From positions 206,770,001 through 206,834,000 of the forward strand of contig OZ024743.1 of NCBI GenBank assembly GCA_964016885.1: a stretch of 64,000 bases of DNA, read 5' to 3'. Position 1 is the first letter of the stretch; each line of letters opens with the position of its first letter. Positions 26,401 through 40,300 of this stretch are shown in pieces. A program made the translations under genes and the position numbers. The notes below the pieces were generated by a model. It saw nothing but the letters and a program-made list of their open reading frames with translations. It did no database searches and was not told the DNA's origin. This stretch comes from Eledone cirrhosa. Lineage: Eukaryota.

Positions 26401-29400
26401 TGACTAAGGTGTAGATACAGTGGTCTTACACTAGTTGTGACTATGGTGTTGATACAGTGGTCTTATGACTATGGTGTTGATACAGTGGGCTTACAGTAGT
26501 TGTGACTATGGTGTTGATACAGTGTTCCTACAATAGTTGTAACTATGGTGTTGATACAGTCGTCTTACAGTAGTTATGACTATGGTGTTGATACAGTGGT
26601 CTTACAGTAGTTGTCACTATGGTGTTGATACAGTGGTCATATGACTATGGTGTTGATACAGTGGTCTTACGGTAGTTATGACTATGGTGTTGATACAGTG
26701 GTCTTACAGTAGTTGTGAATATGGTGTTGATACAGTGGTCTTACTGTAGTTGTGACTGTGGTGTTGATACAGTGGTCTTACAGTAGTTGTGACTGTGGTG
26801 CTGATACAGTGGTCTTACAGTAGTTGTGACTGTGTTGTTGATACAGTGGTCTTACAGTAGTTGTGACTATGGCTTTTATACAGTGGTCTTACAGTAGTTA
26901 TGACTATGGTGTTGATACAGTGGTCTTACGATAGATATGACTATGGTGTTTATACAGTGGTCTTACAGTAGTTGTGACTATGGTGTTCATACAGTGGTAT
27001 TACAGACGTTGTGACAATGGTGTTGATACAGTGGTCTTACAGTAGTTGTGACTATGGTGTTGATACAGTGGGTTTACAGTAGTTGTGACTATTGTGTTGA
27101 TACAGTGGTCTTACAGACGTTGTTACTGTGGTGTTGATACAGTGGTCTTTCAGTAGTTGTGACTACGGTGTTGAATCAGTGGTCTTACAGTAGTTGTGTT
27201 TATGGTGTTGATACAGTGGTCTTACAGTAGTTGTGACTGTTGTGTTGATACAGTGGTCGTACAGTAGTTGTGGCTGTGGTGTTGATACAGTTATCTTACA
27301 GTAGTTGTGACTGTGATGTTGATAGAGTGGTCTTACAGAAGTTATAACTGTGGTGTAGATACAGTGGTCTTACAGTAGTTGTGACTATGGTGTTGATACA
27401 GTGGTCTTATGACTATGGTGTTGATACGGTGGTCTTACAGTAGTTGTGACTATGGTGTTGATACAGTGTTCTTACAGTAGTTGTGACTAAGGTGTTGAAT
27501 CAGTGGTGTTACAGTAGTTGTGTTTATGGTGTTGATACAGTGGTCTTACAGTAGTTGTGACTGTTGTGTTGATACAGTGGTCTTACAGTAGTTGTGGCTG
27601 TGGTGTTGATACAGTTATCTTACAGTAGTTGTGACTGTGATGTTGATAGAGTGGTCTTACAGAAGTTATAACTGTGGTGTTGATACAGTGTTCTTACAGT
27701 AGTTGTGACTAAGGTGTAGATACAGTGGTCTTACACTAGTTGTGACTATGGTGTTGATACAGTGGTCTTATGACTATGGTGTTGATACAGTGGGCTTACA
27801 GTAGTTGTGACTATGGTGTTGATACAGTGTTCCTACAATAGTTGTAACTATGGTGTTGATACAGTCGTCTTACAGTAGTTATGACTATGGTGTTGATACA
27901 GTGGTCTTACAGTAGTTGTCACTATGGTGTTGATACAGTGGTCATATGACTATGGTGTTGATACAGTGGTCTTACGGTAGTTATGACTATGGTGTTGATA
28001 CAGTGGTCTTACAGTAGTTGTGAATATGGTGTTGATACAGTGGTCTTACTGTAGTTGTGACTGTGGTGTTGATACAGTGGTCTTACAGTAGTTGTGACTG
28101 TGGTGCTGATACAGTGGTCTTACAGTAGTTGTGACTGTGTTGTTGATACAGTGGTCTTACAGTAGTTGTGACTATGGCTTTTATACAGTGGTCTTACAGT
28201 AGTTATGACTATGGTGTTGATACAGTGGTCTTACGATAGATATGACTATGGTGTTTATACAGTGGTCTTACAGTAGTTGTGACTATGGTGTTCATACAGT
28301 GGTATTACAGACGTTGTGACAATGGTGTTGATACAGTGGTCTTACAGTAGTTGTGACTATGGTGTTGATACAGTGGGTTTACAGTAGTTGTGACTATTGT
28401 GTTGATACAGTGGTCTTACAGACGTTGTTACTGTGGTGTTGATACAGTGGTCTTTCAGTAGTTGTGACTACGGTGTTGAATCAGTGGTCTTACAGTAGTT
28501 GTGTTTATGGTGTTGATACAGTGGTCTTACAGTAGTTGTGACTGTTGTGTTGATACAGTGGTCGTACAGTAGTTGTGGCTGTGGTGTTGATACAGTTATC
28601 TTACAGTAGTTGTGACTGTGATGTTGATAGAGTGGTCTTACAGAAGTTATAACTGTGGTGTAGATACAGTGGTCTTACAGTAGTTGTGACTATGGTGTTG
28701 ATACAGTGGTCTTATGACTATGGTGTTGATACGGTGGTCTTACAGTAGTTGTGACTATGGTGTTGATACAGTGGTCTTACAGTAGTTATGACTATGGTGT
28801 TGATACAGTGGTCTTACAGTAGTTGTGACTATGGTGTTGATACAGTGGGCTTACAGTAGTTGTGACTATTGTGTTGATACAGTGGTCTTACAGACGTTGT
28901 AACTGTGGTGTTGATACAGTGGTCTTACAGTAGTTGTGACTACGGTGTTGAATCAGTGGTCTTACAGTAGTTGTGTTTATGGTGTTGATACAGTGGTCTT
29001 ACAGTAGTTGTGACTGTTGTGTTGATACAGTGGTCGTACAGTAGTTGTGGCTGTGGTGTTGATACAGTTATCTTACAGTAGTTGTGACTGTGATGTTGAT
29101 AGAGTGGTCTTACAGAAGTTATAACTGTGGTGTAGATACAGTGGTCTTACAGTAGTTGTGACTATGGTGTTGATACAGTGGTCTTATGACTATGGTGTTG
29201 ATACGGTGGTCTTACAGTAGTTGTGACTATGGTGTTGATACAGTGGTCTTACAGTAGTTATGACTATGGTGTTGATACAGTGGTCTTACAGTAGTTGTGA
29301 CTATGGTGTTGATACAGTGGGCTTACAGTAGTTGTGACTATTGTGTTGATACAGTGGTCTTACAGACGTTGTAACTGTGGTGTTGATACAGTGGTCTTAC

Positions 29401-29950
29401 AGTAGTTGTGACTACGGTGTTGAATCAGTGGTCTTACAGTAGTTGTGTTTATGGTGTTGATACAGTGGTCTTACAGTAGTTGTGACTGTTGTGTTGATAC
29501 AGTGGTCTTACAGTAGTTGTGGCTGTGGTGTTGATACAGTTATCTTACAGTAGTTGTGACTGTGATGTTGATAGAGTGGTCTTACAGAAGTTATAACTGT
29601 GGTGTTGATACAGTGTTCTTACAGTAGTTGTGACTAAGGTGTAGATACAGTGGTCTTACACTAGTTGTGACTATGGTGTTGATACAGTGGTCTTATGACT
29701 ATGGTGTTGATACAGTGGGCTTACAGTAGTTGTGACTATGGTGTTGATACAGTGTTCCTACAATAGTTGTAACTATGGTGTTGATACAGTCGTCTTACAG
29801 TAGTTATGACTATGGTGTTGATACAGTGGTCTTACAGTAGTTGTCACTATGGTGTTGATACAGTGGTCATATGACTATGGTGTTGATACAGTGATCTTAC
29901 GGTAGTTATGACTATGGTGTTGATACAGTGGTCTTACAGTAGTTGTGAAT
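23500..29950. repeat. Middle short-period HOR domain, base period 1453 bp with 1675, 1305 and 1925 bp derivatives
   Basis: TCCTACAATA at 24851/26526/27831/29756 and GTCATATGAC at 24961/26636/27941/29866 (offsets 1675, 1305, 1925). CAGAAGTTATAAC at 24208/25661 and 24680/26133 (offset 1453). Confidence 0.88.
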
Positions 29951-32900
29951 ATGGTGTTGATACAGTGGTCTTACAGTAGTTGTGACTATGGTGTTGATAC
30001 AGTGGTCTTACAGTAGTTATGACTATGGTGTTGATACAGTGGTCTTACAGTAGTTGTCACTATGGTGTTGATACAGTGGTCTTATGACTATGGTGTTGAT
30101 ACAGTAGTCTTACGGTAGTAATGACTATGGTGTTGATACAGTGGTCTTACAGTAGATGTGAATATGGTGTTGATACAGTGGTCTAACTGTAGTTGTGACT
30201 GTGGTGTTGATACAGTGGTCTTACAGTAGTTGTGACTGTGGTGCTGATACAGTGGTCTTACATTAGTTGTGACTGTGGTGTTGATACAGTTGTCTTACAG
30301 TAGTTGTGACTATGGTGTTGATACAGTGGTCTTACACTAGTTGTGACTGTGGTGTTGATATAGTGGTCTTACAGTAGTTGTGAGTGTGGTGTTGATACAT
30401 TGGTCTTACAGTAGTTGTAACTGTGTTGTTGATACAGTGGTCTTACACTAGTTGTGACTATAGTTTTGATACAGTGGTTTTGCAGTAGATGTGACTGTGG
30501 TGTTGATACAGTGGTCTTACAGTAGTTGTGACTGTGGTGTTGATACAGTGGTCTTACAGTTGTTGTGACTACGGTGTTGAATCAGTTGTCTTACAGTAGT
30601 TGTGATTATGGTGTTGATACAGTGGTCTTACAGTTGTGGCTGTGGTGTTGATACAGTGGTCTTACAATTGTTGTGACTATAGTGTTGATACAGTGGTATT
30701 ACAGACGTTATGACTATGGTGTTGATACAGTGGTCTTACGATAGTTATGACTATGGTGTTTATACAGTGGTCTTACAGTAGTTGTGACTATGGTGTTCAT
30801 ACAGTGGTATTACAGACGTTGTGACAATGGTGTTGATACAGTGGTCTTACAGTAGTTGTGACTATGGTGTTGATACAGTGAGCTTACAGTAGTTGTGACT
30901 ATTGTGTTGATACAGTGGGCTTACAGACGTTGTAACTGTGGTGTTGATACAATGGTCTTACAGTAGTTGTGACTACGGTGTTGAATCAGTGGTCTTACAG
31001 TAGTTGTGTTTATGGTGTTGATACAGTGGTCTTACAGTAGTTGTGACTGTTGTGTTGATACAGTGGTCTTACAGTAGTTGTGACTGTGATGTTGATAGAG
31101 TGGTCTTACAGAAGTTATAACTGTGGTGTTGATACAGTGTTCTTACAGTAGTTGTGACTAAGGTGTAGATACAGTGGTCTTACACTAGTTGTGACTATGG
31201 TGTTGATACAGTGGTCTTATGACTATGGTGTTGATACAGTGGGCTTACAGTAGTTGTGACTATGGTGTTGATACAGTGGTCTTACAGTAGTTGTGACTAT
31301 GGTGTTGATACAGTGTTCTTACAATAGTTGTAACTATGGTGTTGATACAGTGGTCTTACAGTAGTTATGAATATGGTGTTGATACAGTGGTCTTACAGTA
31401 GTTGTCACTATGGTGTTGATACAGTGGTCTTATGACTATGGTGTTGATACAGTGGTCTTACAGTAGTTGTGAATATGGTGTTGATACAGTGGTCTTACTG
31501 TCGTTGTGACTGTGGTGTTGATACAGTGGTCTTACAGTAGTTGTGACTGTGGTGCTGATACAGTGGTCTTACAGTAGTTGTGACTGTGGTGTTGATACAG
31601 TTGTCTTACAGTAGTTGTGACTATGGTGTTGATACAGTGGTCTTAGAGTAGTTGTGACTGTGTTGTTGATACAGTGGTCTTACAGTAGTTGTGACTATGG
31701 TGTTGATACAGTGGTCTTACGATAGATATGACTATGGTGTTTATACAGTGGTCTTACAGTAGTTGTGACTATGGTGTTCATACAGTGGTATTACAGACGT
31801 TGTGACAATGGTGTTGATACAGTGGTCTTACAGTAGTTGTGACTATGGTGTTGATACAGTGGGCTTACAGTAGTAGTGACTATTGTGTTGATACAGTGGT
31901 CTTACAGACGTTGTGACTGTGGTGTTGATACAGTGGTCTTCCAGTAGTTGTGACTACGGTGTTGAATCAGTGGTCTTACAGTAGTTGTGTTTATGGTGTT
32001 GATACAGTGGTCTTACAGTAGTTGTGACTGTTGTGTTGATACAGTGGTCGTACAGTAGTTGTGGCTACGGTGTTGATACAGTTATCTTACAGTAGTTGTG
32101 ACTGTGATGTTGATACAGTGGTCTTACAAAAGTCATAACTGTGGTGTAGATACAGTGGTCTTACAGTAGTTGTGACTATGGTGTTGATACAGTGGTCTTA
32201 TGACTATGGTGTTGATACAGTGGTCTTACAGTAGTTATGACTATGGTGTTGATACAGTGGTCTTACAGTAGTTGTCACTATGGTGTTGATACAGTGGTCT
32301 TATGACTATGGTGTTGATACAGTGGTCTTACGGTAGTAATGACTATGGTGTTGATACAGTGGTCTTACAGTAGATGTGAATATGGTGTTGATACAGTGGT
32401 CTAACTGTAGTTGTGACTGTGGTGTTGATACAGTGGTCTTACAGTAGTTGTGACTGTGGTGCTGATACAGTGGTCTTACAGTAGTTGTGACTGTGGTGTT
32501 GATACAGTTGTCGTACAGTAGTTGTGACTATGGTGTTAATACAGTGGTCTTACACTAGTTATGACTGTGGTGTTGATACAGTGGTCTTACAGTAGTTGTG
32601 AGTGTGGTGTTGATACATTGGTCTTACAGTAGTTGTAACTGTGTTGTTGATACAGTGGTCTTACAGTAGTTGTGACTATAGTGTTGATACAGTGGTTTTG
32701 CAGTAGACGTGACTGTGGTGTTGATACAGTGGTCTTACAGTAGTTGTGACTGTGGTGTTGATACAGTGGTATTACAGACGTTGTGACTATGGTGTTGATA
32801 CAGTTGTCTTACAGTAGTTGTGACTATGGTGTTCATACAGCTATCTTGCAGTAGTTGTGACTAAGGTGTTGATACAGTGGTCTTACAGACGTTGCGACTG

Positions 32901-35900
32901 TGGTGTTGATACAGTGGTCTTACAGTAGTTGTGACTAAGGTGTTGAATCAGTTGTCTTACAGTAGTTGTGATTATGGTGTTGATACAGTGGTCTTACAGT
33001 TGTGGCTGTGGTGTTGATACAGTGGTCTTACAGTTGTTGTGACTATAGTGTTGATACAGTGGTATTACAGACGTTATGACTATCGTGTTGATACAGTGGT
33101 CTTACGATAGTTATGACTATGGTGTTTATACAGTGGTCTTACAGTAGTTGTGACTATGGTGTTCATACAGTGGTATTACAGACGTTGTGACAATGGTGTT
33201 GATACAGTGGTCTTACAGTAGTTGTGACTATGGTGTTGATACAGTGGGCTTACAGTAGTTGTGACTATTGTGTTGATACAGTGGTCTTACAGACGTTGTG
33301 ACTGTGGTGTTGATACAGTGGTCTTACAGTAGTTGTGACTACGGTGTTGAATCAGTGGTCTTACAGTAGTTGTGTTTATGGTGTTGATACAGTGGTCTTA
33401 CAGTAGTTGTGACTGTTGTGTTGATACAGTGGTCTTACAGTAGTTGTGGCTGTGGTGTTGATACAGTTATCTTACAGTAGTTGTGACTGTGATGTTGATA
33501 GAGTGGTCTTACAGAAGTTATAACTGTGGTGTTGATACAGTGTTCTTACAGTAGTTGTGACTAAGGTGTAGATACAGTGGTCTTACACTAGTTGTGACTA
33601 TGGTGTTGATACAGTGGTCTTATGACTATGGTGTTGATACAGTGGGCTTACAGTAGTTGTGACTATGGTGTTGATACAGTGGTCTTACAGTAGTTGTGAC
33701 TATGGTGTTGATAAAGTGGTCTTACTGTAGTTGTGACTGTGGTGTTGATACAGTGTTCTTACAATAGTTGTAACTATGGTGTTGATACAGTGGTCTTACA
33801 GTAGTTATGACTATGGTGTTAATACAGTGGTCTTACAGTAGTTGTCACTATGGTGTTGATACAGTGGTCTTATGACTATGGTGTTGATACAGTGGTCTTA
33901 CTGTAGTTGTGACTGTGGTGTTGATACAGTGGTCTTACAGTAGTTGTGACTGTGGTGCTGATACAGTGGTCTTACAGTAGTTGTGACTATGGCTTTTATA
34001 CAGTGGTCTTACAGTAGTTATGACTATGGTGTTGATACAGTGGTCTTACGATAGATATGACTATGGTGTTTATACAGTGGTCTTACAGTAGTTGTGACTA
34101 TGGTGTTCATACAGTGGTATTACAGACGTTGTGACAATGGTGTTGATACAGTGGTCTTACAGTAGTTGTGACTATGGTGTTGATACAGTGGGCTTACAGT
34201 AGTTGTGACTATTGTGTTGATACAGTGGTCTTACAGACGTTGTGACTGTGGTGTTGATACAGTGGTCTTTCAGTAGTTGTGACTACGGTGTTGAATCAGT
34301 GGTCTTACAGTATTTGTGTTTATGGTGTTGATACAGTGGTCTTACAGTAGTTGTGACTGTTGTGTTGATACAGTGGTCGTACAGTAGTTGTGGCTGTGGT
34401 GTTGATACAGTTATCTTACAGTAGTTGTGACTGTGATGTTGATAGAGTGGTCTTACAGAAGTTATAACTGTGGTGTAGATACAGTGGTCTTACAGTAGTT
34501 GTGACTATGGTGTTGATACAGTGGTCTTATGACTATGGTGTTGATACAGTGGTCTTACAGTAGTTGTGACTATGGTGTTGATACAGTGGTCTTACAGTAG
34601 TTATGACTATGGTGTTGATACAGTGGTCTTACAGTAGTTGTCACTATGGTGTTGATACAGTGGTCTTACACTAGTTGTGACTGTGGTGTTGATACAGTGG
34701 TCTTACAGTAGTTGTGAGTGTGATGTTGATACATTGGTCTTACAGTAGTTGTAACTGTGTTGTTGATACAGTGGTCTTACAGTAGTTGTGAATATAGTTT
34801 TGATACAGTGGTTTTGCAGTAGATGTGACTGTGGTGTTGATACAGTGGTCTTACAGTAGTTGTGACTGTGGTGTTGATACAGTGGTCTTACAGTTGTTGT
34901 GACTATAGTGTTGATACAGTGGTATTACAGACGTTGTGACTATGGTGTTGATACAGTTGTCTTACAGTAGTTGTGACTATGGTGTTCATACAGCTATCTT
35001 GCAGTAGTTGTGAATATGGTGTTGATACAGTGGTCTTACAGACGTTGTGACTGTGCTGTTGATACAGTGGTCTTACAGTAGTTGTGACTACGGTGTTGAA
35101 TCAGTTGTCTTACAGTAGTTGTGATTATGGTGTTGATACAGTGGTCTTACAGTTGTGGCTGTGGTGTTGATACAGTGGTCTTACAGTTGTTGTGACTATA
35201 GTGTTGATACAGTGGTATTACAGACGTTATGACTATGGTGTTGATACAGTGGTCTTACGATAGTTATGACTATGGTGTTTATACAGTGGTCTTACAGTAG
35301 TTGTGACTATGGTGTTCATACAGTGGTATTACAGACGTTGTGACAATGGTGTTGATACAGTGGTCTTACAGTAGTTGTGACTATGGTGTTGATACAGTGA
35401 GCTTACAGTAGTTGTGACTATTGTGTTGATACAGTGGTCTTACAGACGTTGTAACTGTGGTGTTGATACAGTGGTCTTACAGTAGTTGTGACTACGGTGT
35501 TGAATCAGTGGTCTTACAGTAGTTGTGTTTATGGTGTTGATACAGTGGTCTTACAGTAGTTGTGACTGTTGTGTTGATACAGTGGTTTACAGTAGTTGTG
35601 ACTGTGATGTTGATAGAGTGGTCTTACAGAAGTTATAACTGTGGTGTTGATACAGTGTTCTTACAGTAGTTGTGACTATGGTGTTGATACAGTGGTCTTA
35701 CAGTAGTTGTGACTATGGTGTTGATACAGTGTTCTTACAATAGTTGTAACTATGGTGTTGATACAGTGGTCTTACAGTAGTTATGAATATGGTGTTGATA
35801 CAGTGGTCTTACAGTAGTTGTCACTATGGTGTTGATACAGTGGTCTTATGACTATGGTGTTGATACAGTGGTCTTACAGTAGTTGTGAATATGGTGTTGA

Positions 35901-37399
35901 TACAGTGGTCTTACTGTAGTTGTGACTGTGGTGTTGATACAGTGGTCTTACAGTAGTTGTGACTGTGGTGCTGATACAGTGGTCTTACAGTAGTTGTGAC
36001 TGTGGTGTTGATACAGTTGTCTTACAGTAGTTGTGACTATGGTGTTGATACAGTGGTCTTAGAGTAGTTGTGACTGTGTTGTTGATACAGTGGTCTTACA
36101 GTAGTTGTGACTATGGCTTTTATACAGTGGTCTTACAGTAGTCATGACTATGGTGTTGATACAGTGGTCTTACGATAGATATGACTATGGTGTTTATACA
36201 GTGGTCTTACAGTAGTTGTGACTATGGTGTTCATACAGTGGTATTACAGACGTTGTGACAATGGTGTTGATACAGTGGTCTTACAGTAGTTGTGACTATG
36301 GTGTTGATACAGTGGGCTTACAGTAGTTGTGACTATTGTGTTGATACAGTGGTCTTACAGACGTTGTGACTGTGGTGTTGATACAGTGGTCTTTCAGTAG
36401 TTGTGACTACGGTGTTGAATCAGTGGTCTTACAGTAGTTGTGTTTATGGTGTTGATACAGTGGTCTTACAGTAGTTGTGACTGTTGTGTTGATACAGTGG
36501 TCGTACAGTAGTTGTGGCTGTGGTGTTGATACAGTTATCTTACAGTAGTTGTGACTGTGATGTTGATAGAGTGGTCTTACAAAAGTAATAACTGTGGTGT
36601 AGATACAGTGGTCTTACAGTAGTTGTGACTATGGTGTTGATACAGTGGTCTTACAGTAGTTATGACTATGGTGTTGATACAGTGGTCTTACAGTAGTTGT
36701 CACTATGGTGTTGATACAGTGGTCTTATGACTATGGTGTTGATACAGTGGTCTTACGGTAGTAATGACTATGGTGTTGATACAGTGGTCTTACTGTAGTT
36801 GTGACTGTGGTGTTGATACAGTGGTCTTACAGTAGTTGTGACTGTGGTGCTGATACAGTGGTCTTACAGTAGTTGTGACTGTGGTGTTGATACAGTTGTC
36901 TTACAGTAGTTGTGACTATGGTGTTGATTCAGTGGTCTTACACTAGTTGTGACTGTGGTGTTGATACAGTGGTCTTACAGTAGTTGTGAGTGTGGTGTTG
37001 ATACATCGGTCTTACAGTAGTTGTGACTATAGTGTTGATACAGTGGTTTTACAGTAGATGTGACTGTGGTGTTGATACAGTGGTCTTACAGTAGTTGTGA
37101 CTGTGGTGTTGATACAGTGGTCTTACAGTTGTTGTGACTATAATGTTGATACAGTGGTATTACAGACGTTGTGACTATGGTGTTGATACAGTTGTCTTAC
37201 AGTAGTTGTGACTATGTTGTTCATACAGCTGTCTTGCAGTAGTTGTGACTATGGTGTTGATACAGTGGTCTTATAGACGTTGTGACTGTGGTGTTGATAC
37301 AGTGGTCTTACAGTAGTTGTGACTACGGTGTTGAATCAGTTGTCTTACAGTAGTTGTGATTATGGTGTTGATACAGCGGTCTTATGACTATGGTGTTGA

Positions 37400-40300
37400 T
37401 ACAGTGGTCTTACTGTAGTTGTGACTGTGGTGTTGATACAGTGGTCTTACGATAGTTGTGACTACGGTGTTGATACAGTGGTCTTACTGTAGTTATGACT
37501 ATGGTGTTGATACAGTGATCTTACAGTAGTTGTGACAGTGGTGCTGACACAGTGGTCTTACAGTAGTTGTGACTATGGTGTTGATACAGTGGTCTTACAG
37601 TAGTTGTGACTATGGTGTTGATACAGTGGTCTTATGACTATGGTGTTGATACAGTGGTCTTACAGTAGTTATGACTATGGTGTTGATACAGTGGTCTTAC
37701 AGTAGTTGTGACTATGGTGTTGATACAGTGGTCTTATGACTATGGTGTTGATACAGTGGTCTTAGAGTAGTTGTGACTATGGTTTTGATACGGTTGTCTT
37801 AGAGTAGTTATGACTATGCTGTTGATACAGTGGGCTTACAGTAGTTGTGATTATGGTGTTGATACAGTGGTCTTAGAGTAGTTGTGACTGTGTTGTTGAT
37901 ACAGTGGTCTTACAGTAGTTGTGACTATGGCCTTTATACAGTGGTCTTACAGTAATTGTGACTATGGTGTTGCTACAGTGGTATTAGATACGTTGTGACT
38001 ATGGTGTTGATACAGCGGTCTTACAGTACTTGTGACTATGGTGTTGATACAGTGGTCTTACAGACGTTGTGACTGTGGTGTTGATACAGTGGTCTTACAT
38101 TAGTTGTGACTACGGTGTTGAATCCGTTGTCTTACAGTAGTTGTGATTATGGTGTTGATACAGTGGTCTTACAGTTGTAACTGTGTTGTTGATACAGTGG
38201 TCTTACAGTAGTTGTGACTATAGTGTTGATACAGTGGTTTTGCAGTAGATGTGACTGTGGTGTTGATACAGTGGTCTTACAGTAGTTGTGACTGAGGTGT
38301 TGATACAGTGGTCTTACAGTTGTTGTGACTATAGTGTTGATACAGTGGTATTACAGACGTTGTGACTATGGTGTTGATACAGTTGTCTTACAGTAGTTGT
38401 GACTATGGTGTTCATACAGCTATCTTGCAGTAGTTGTGACTAAGGTGTTGATACAGTGGTCTTACAGACGTTGTGACTGTGGTGTTGATACAGTGGTCTT
38501 ACAGTAGTTGTGACTACGGTGTTGAATCAGTTGTCTTACAGTAGTTGTGATTATGGTGTTGATACAGTGGTCTTACAGTTGTGGCTGTGGTGTTGATACA
38601 GTGGTCTTACAGTTGTTGTGACTATAGTGTTGATACAGTGGTATTACAGACGTTATGACTATGGTGTTGATACAGTGGTCTTACGATAGTTATGACTATG
38701 GTGTTTATACAGTGGTCTTACAGTAGTTGTGACTATGGTGTTCATACAGTGGTATTACAGACGTTGTGACAATGGTGTTGATACAGTGGTCTTACAGTAG
38801 TTGTGACTATGGTGTTGATACAGTGGGCTTACAGTAGTTGTGACTATTGTGTTGATACAGTGGTCTTACAGACGTTGTGACTGTGGTGTTGATACAGTGG
38901 TCTTACAGTAGTTGTGACTACGGTGTTGAATCAGTGGTCTTACAGTAGTTGTGTTTATGGTGTTGATACAGTGGTCTTACAGTAGTTGTGACTGTTGTGT
39001 TGATACAGTGGTCTTACAGTAGTTGTGACTGTGGTGTTGATACAGTTATCTTACAGTAGTTGTGACTGTGATGTTGATAGAGTGGTCTTACAGAAGTTAT
39101 AACTGTGGTGTTGATACAGTGTTCTTACAGTAGTTGTGACTAATGTGTAGATACAGTGGTCTTACACTAGTTGTGACTATGGTGTTGATACAGTGGTCTT
39201 TCAGTAGTTATGACTATGGTGTTGATACAGTGGTCTTACAGTAGTTGTCACTATGGTGTTGATACAGTGGTCTTATGACTATGGTGTTGATACAGTGGTC
39301 TTACGGTAGTTATGACTATGGTGTTGATACAGTGGTTTTGCAGTAGATGTGACTGTGGTGTTGATACAGTGGTCTTACAGTAGTTGTGACTGTGGTGTTG
39401 ATACAGTGGTCTTACAGTTGTTGTGACTATAGTGTTGATACAGTGGTATTACAGACGTTGTGACTATGGTGTTGATACAGTTGTCTTACAGTAGTTGTGA
39501 CTATGGTGTTCATACAGCTATCTTGCAGTAGTTGTGACTAACGTGTTGATACAGTGGTCTTACATACGTTGTGACTGTGGTGTTGATACAGTGGTCTTAC
39601 AGTAGTTGTGACTACGGTGTTGAATCAGTTGTCTTACAGTAGTTGTGATTATGGTGTTGATACAGTGGTGTTACAGTTGTGGCTGTGGTGTTGATACAGT
39701 GGTCTTACAGTAGTTGTGACTATAGTGTTGATACAGTGGTATTACAGACGTTATGACTATGGTGTTGATACAGTGGTCTTACGATAGTTATGACTATGGT
39801 GTTTATACAGTTGTCTTACAGTAGTTGTGACTATGGTGTTCATACAGTGGTATTACAGACGTTGTGACAATGGTGTTGATACAGTGGTCTTACAGTAGTT
39901 GTGACTATGGTGTTGATACAGTGGGCTTACAGTAGTTGTGACTATTGTGTTGATACAGTGGTCTTACAGACGTTGTGACTGTGGTGTTGATACAGTGGTC
40001 TTACAGTAGTTGTGACTACGGTGTTGAATCAGTGGTCTTACAGTAGTTGTGTTTATGGTGTTGATACAGTGGTCTTACAGTAGTTGTGACTGTTGTGTTG
40101 ATACAGTGGTCTTACAGTAGTTGTGGCTGTGGTGTTGATACAGTTATCTTACAGTAGTTGTGACTGTGATGTTGATAGAGTGGTCTTACAGAAGTTATAA
40201 CTGTGGTGTTGATACAGTTTTCTTACAGTAGTTGTGACTAAGGTGTAGATACAGTGGTCTTACACTAGTTGTGACTATGGTGTTGATACAGTGGTCTTAT

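Noticed and set aside
4947-29585. Recurrent 472-bp spacing in two regions as a preferred duplication size
   Set aside because: The two cases involve different monomer sets. Any 13-monomer stretch containing one 28-mer is 472 bp, so coincidence is sufficient.
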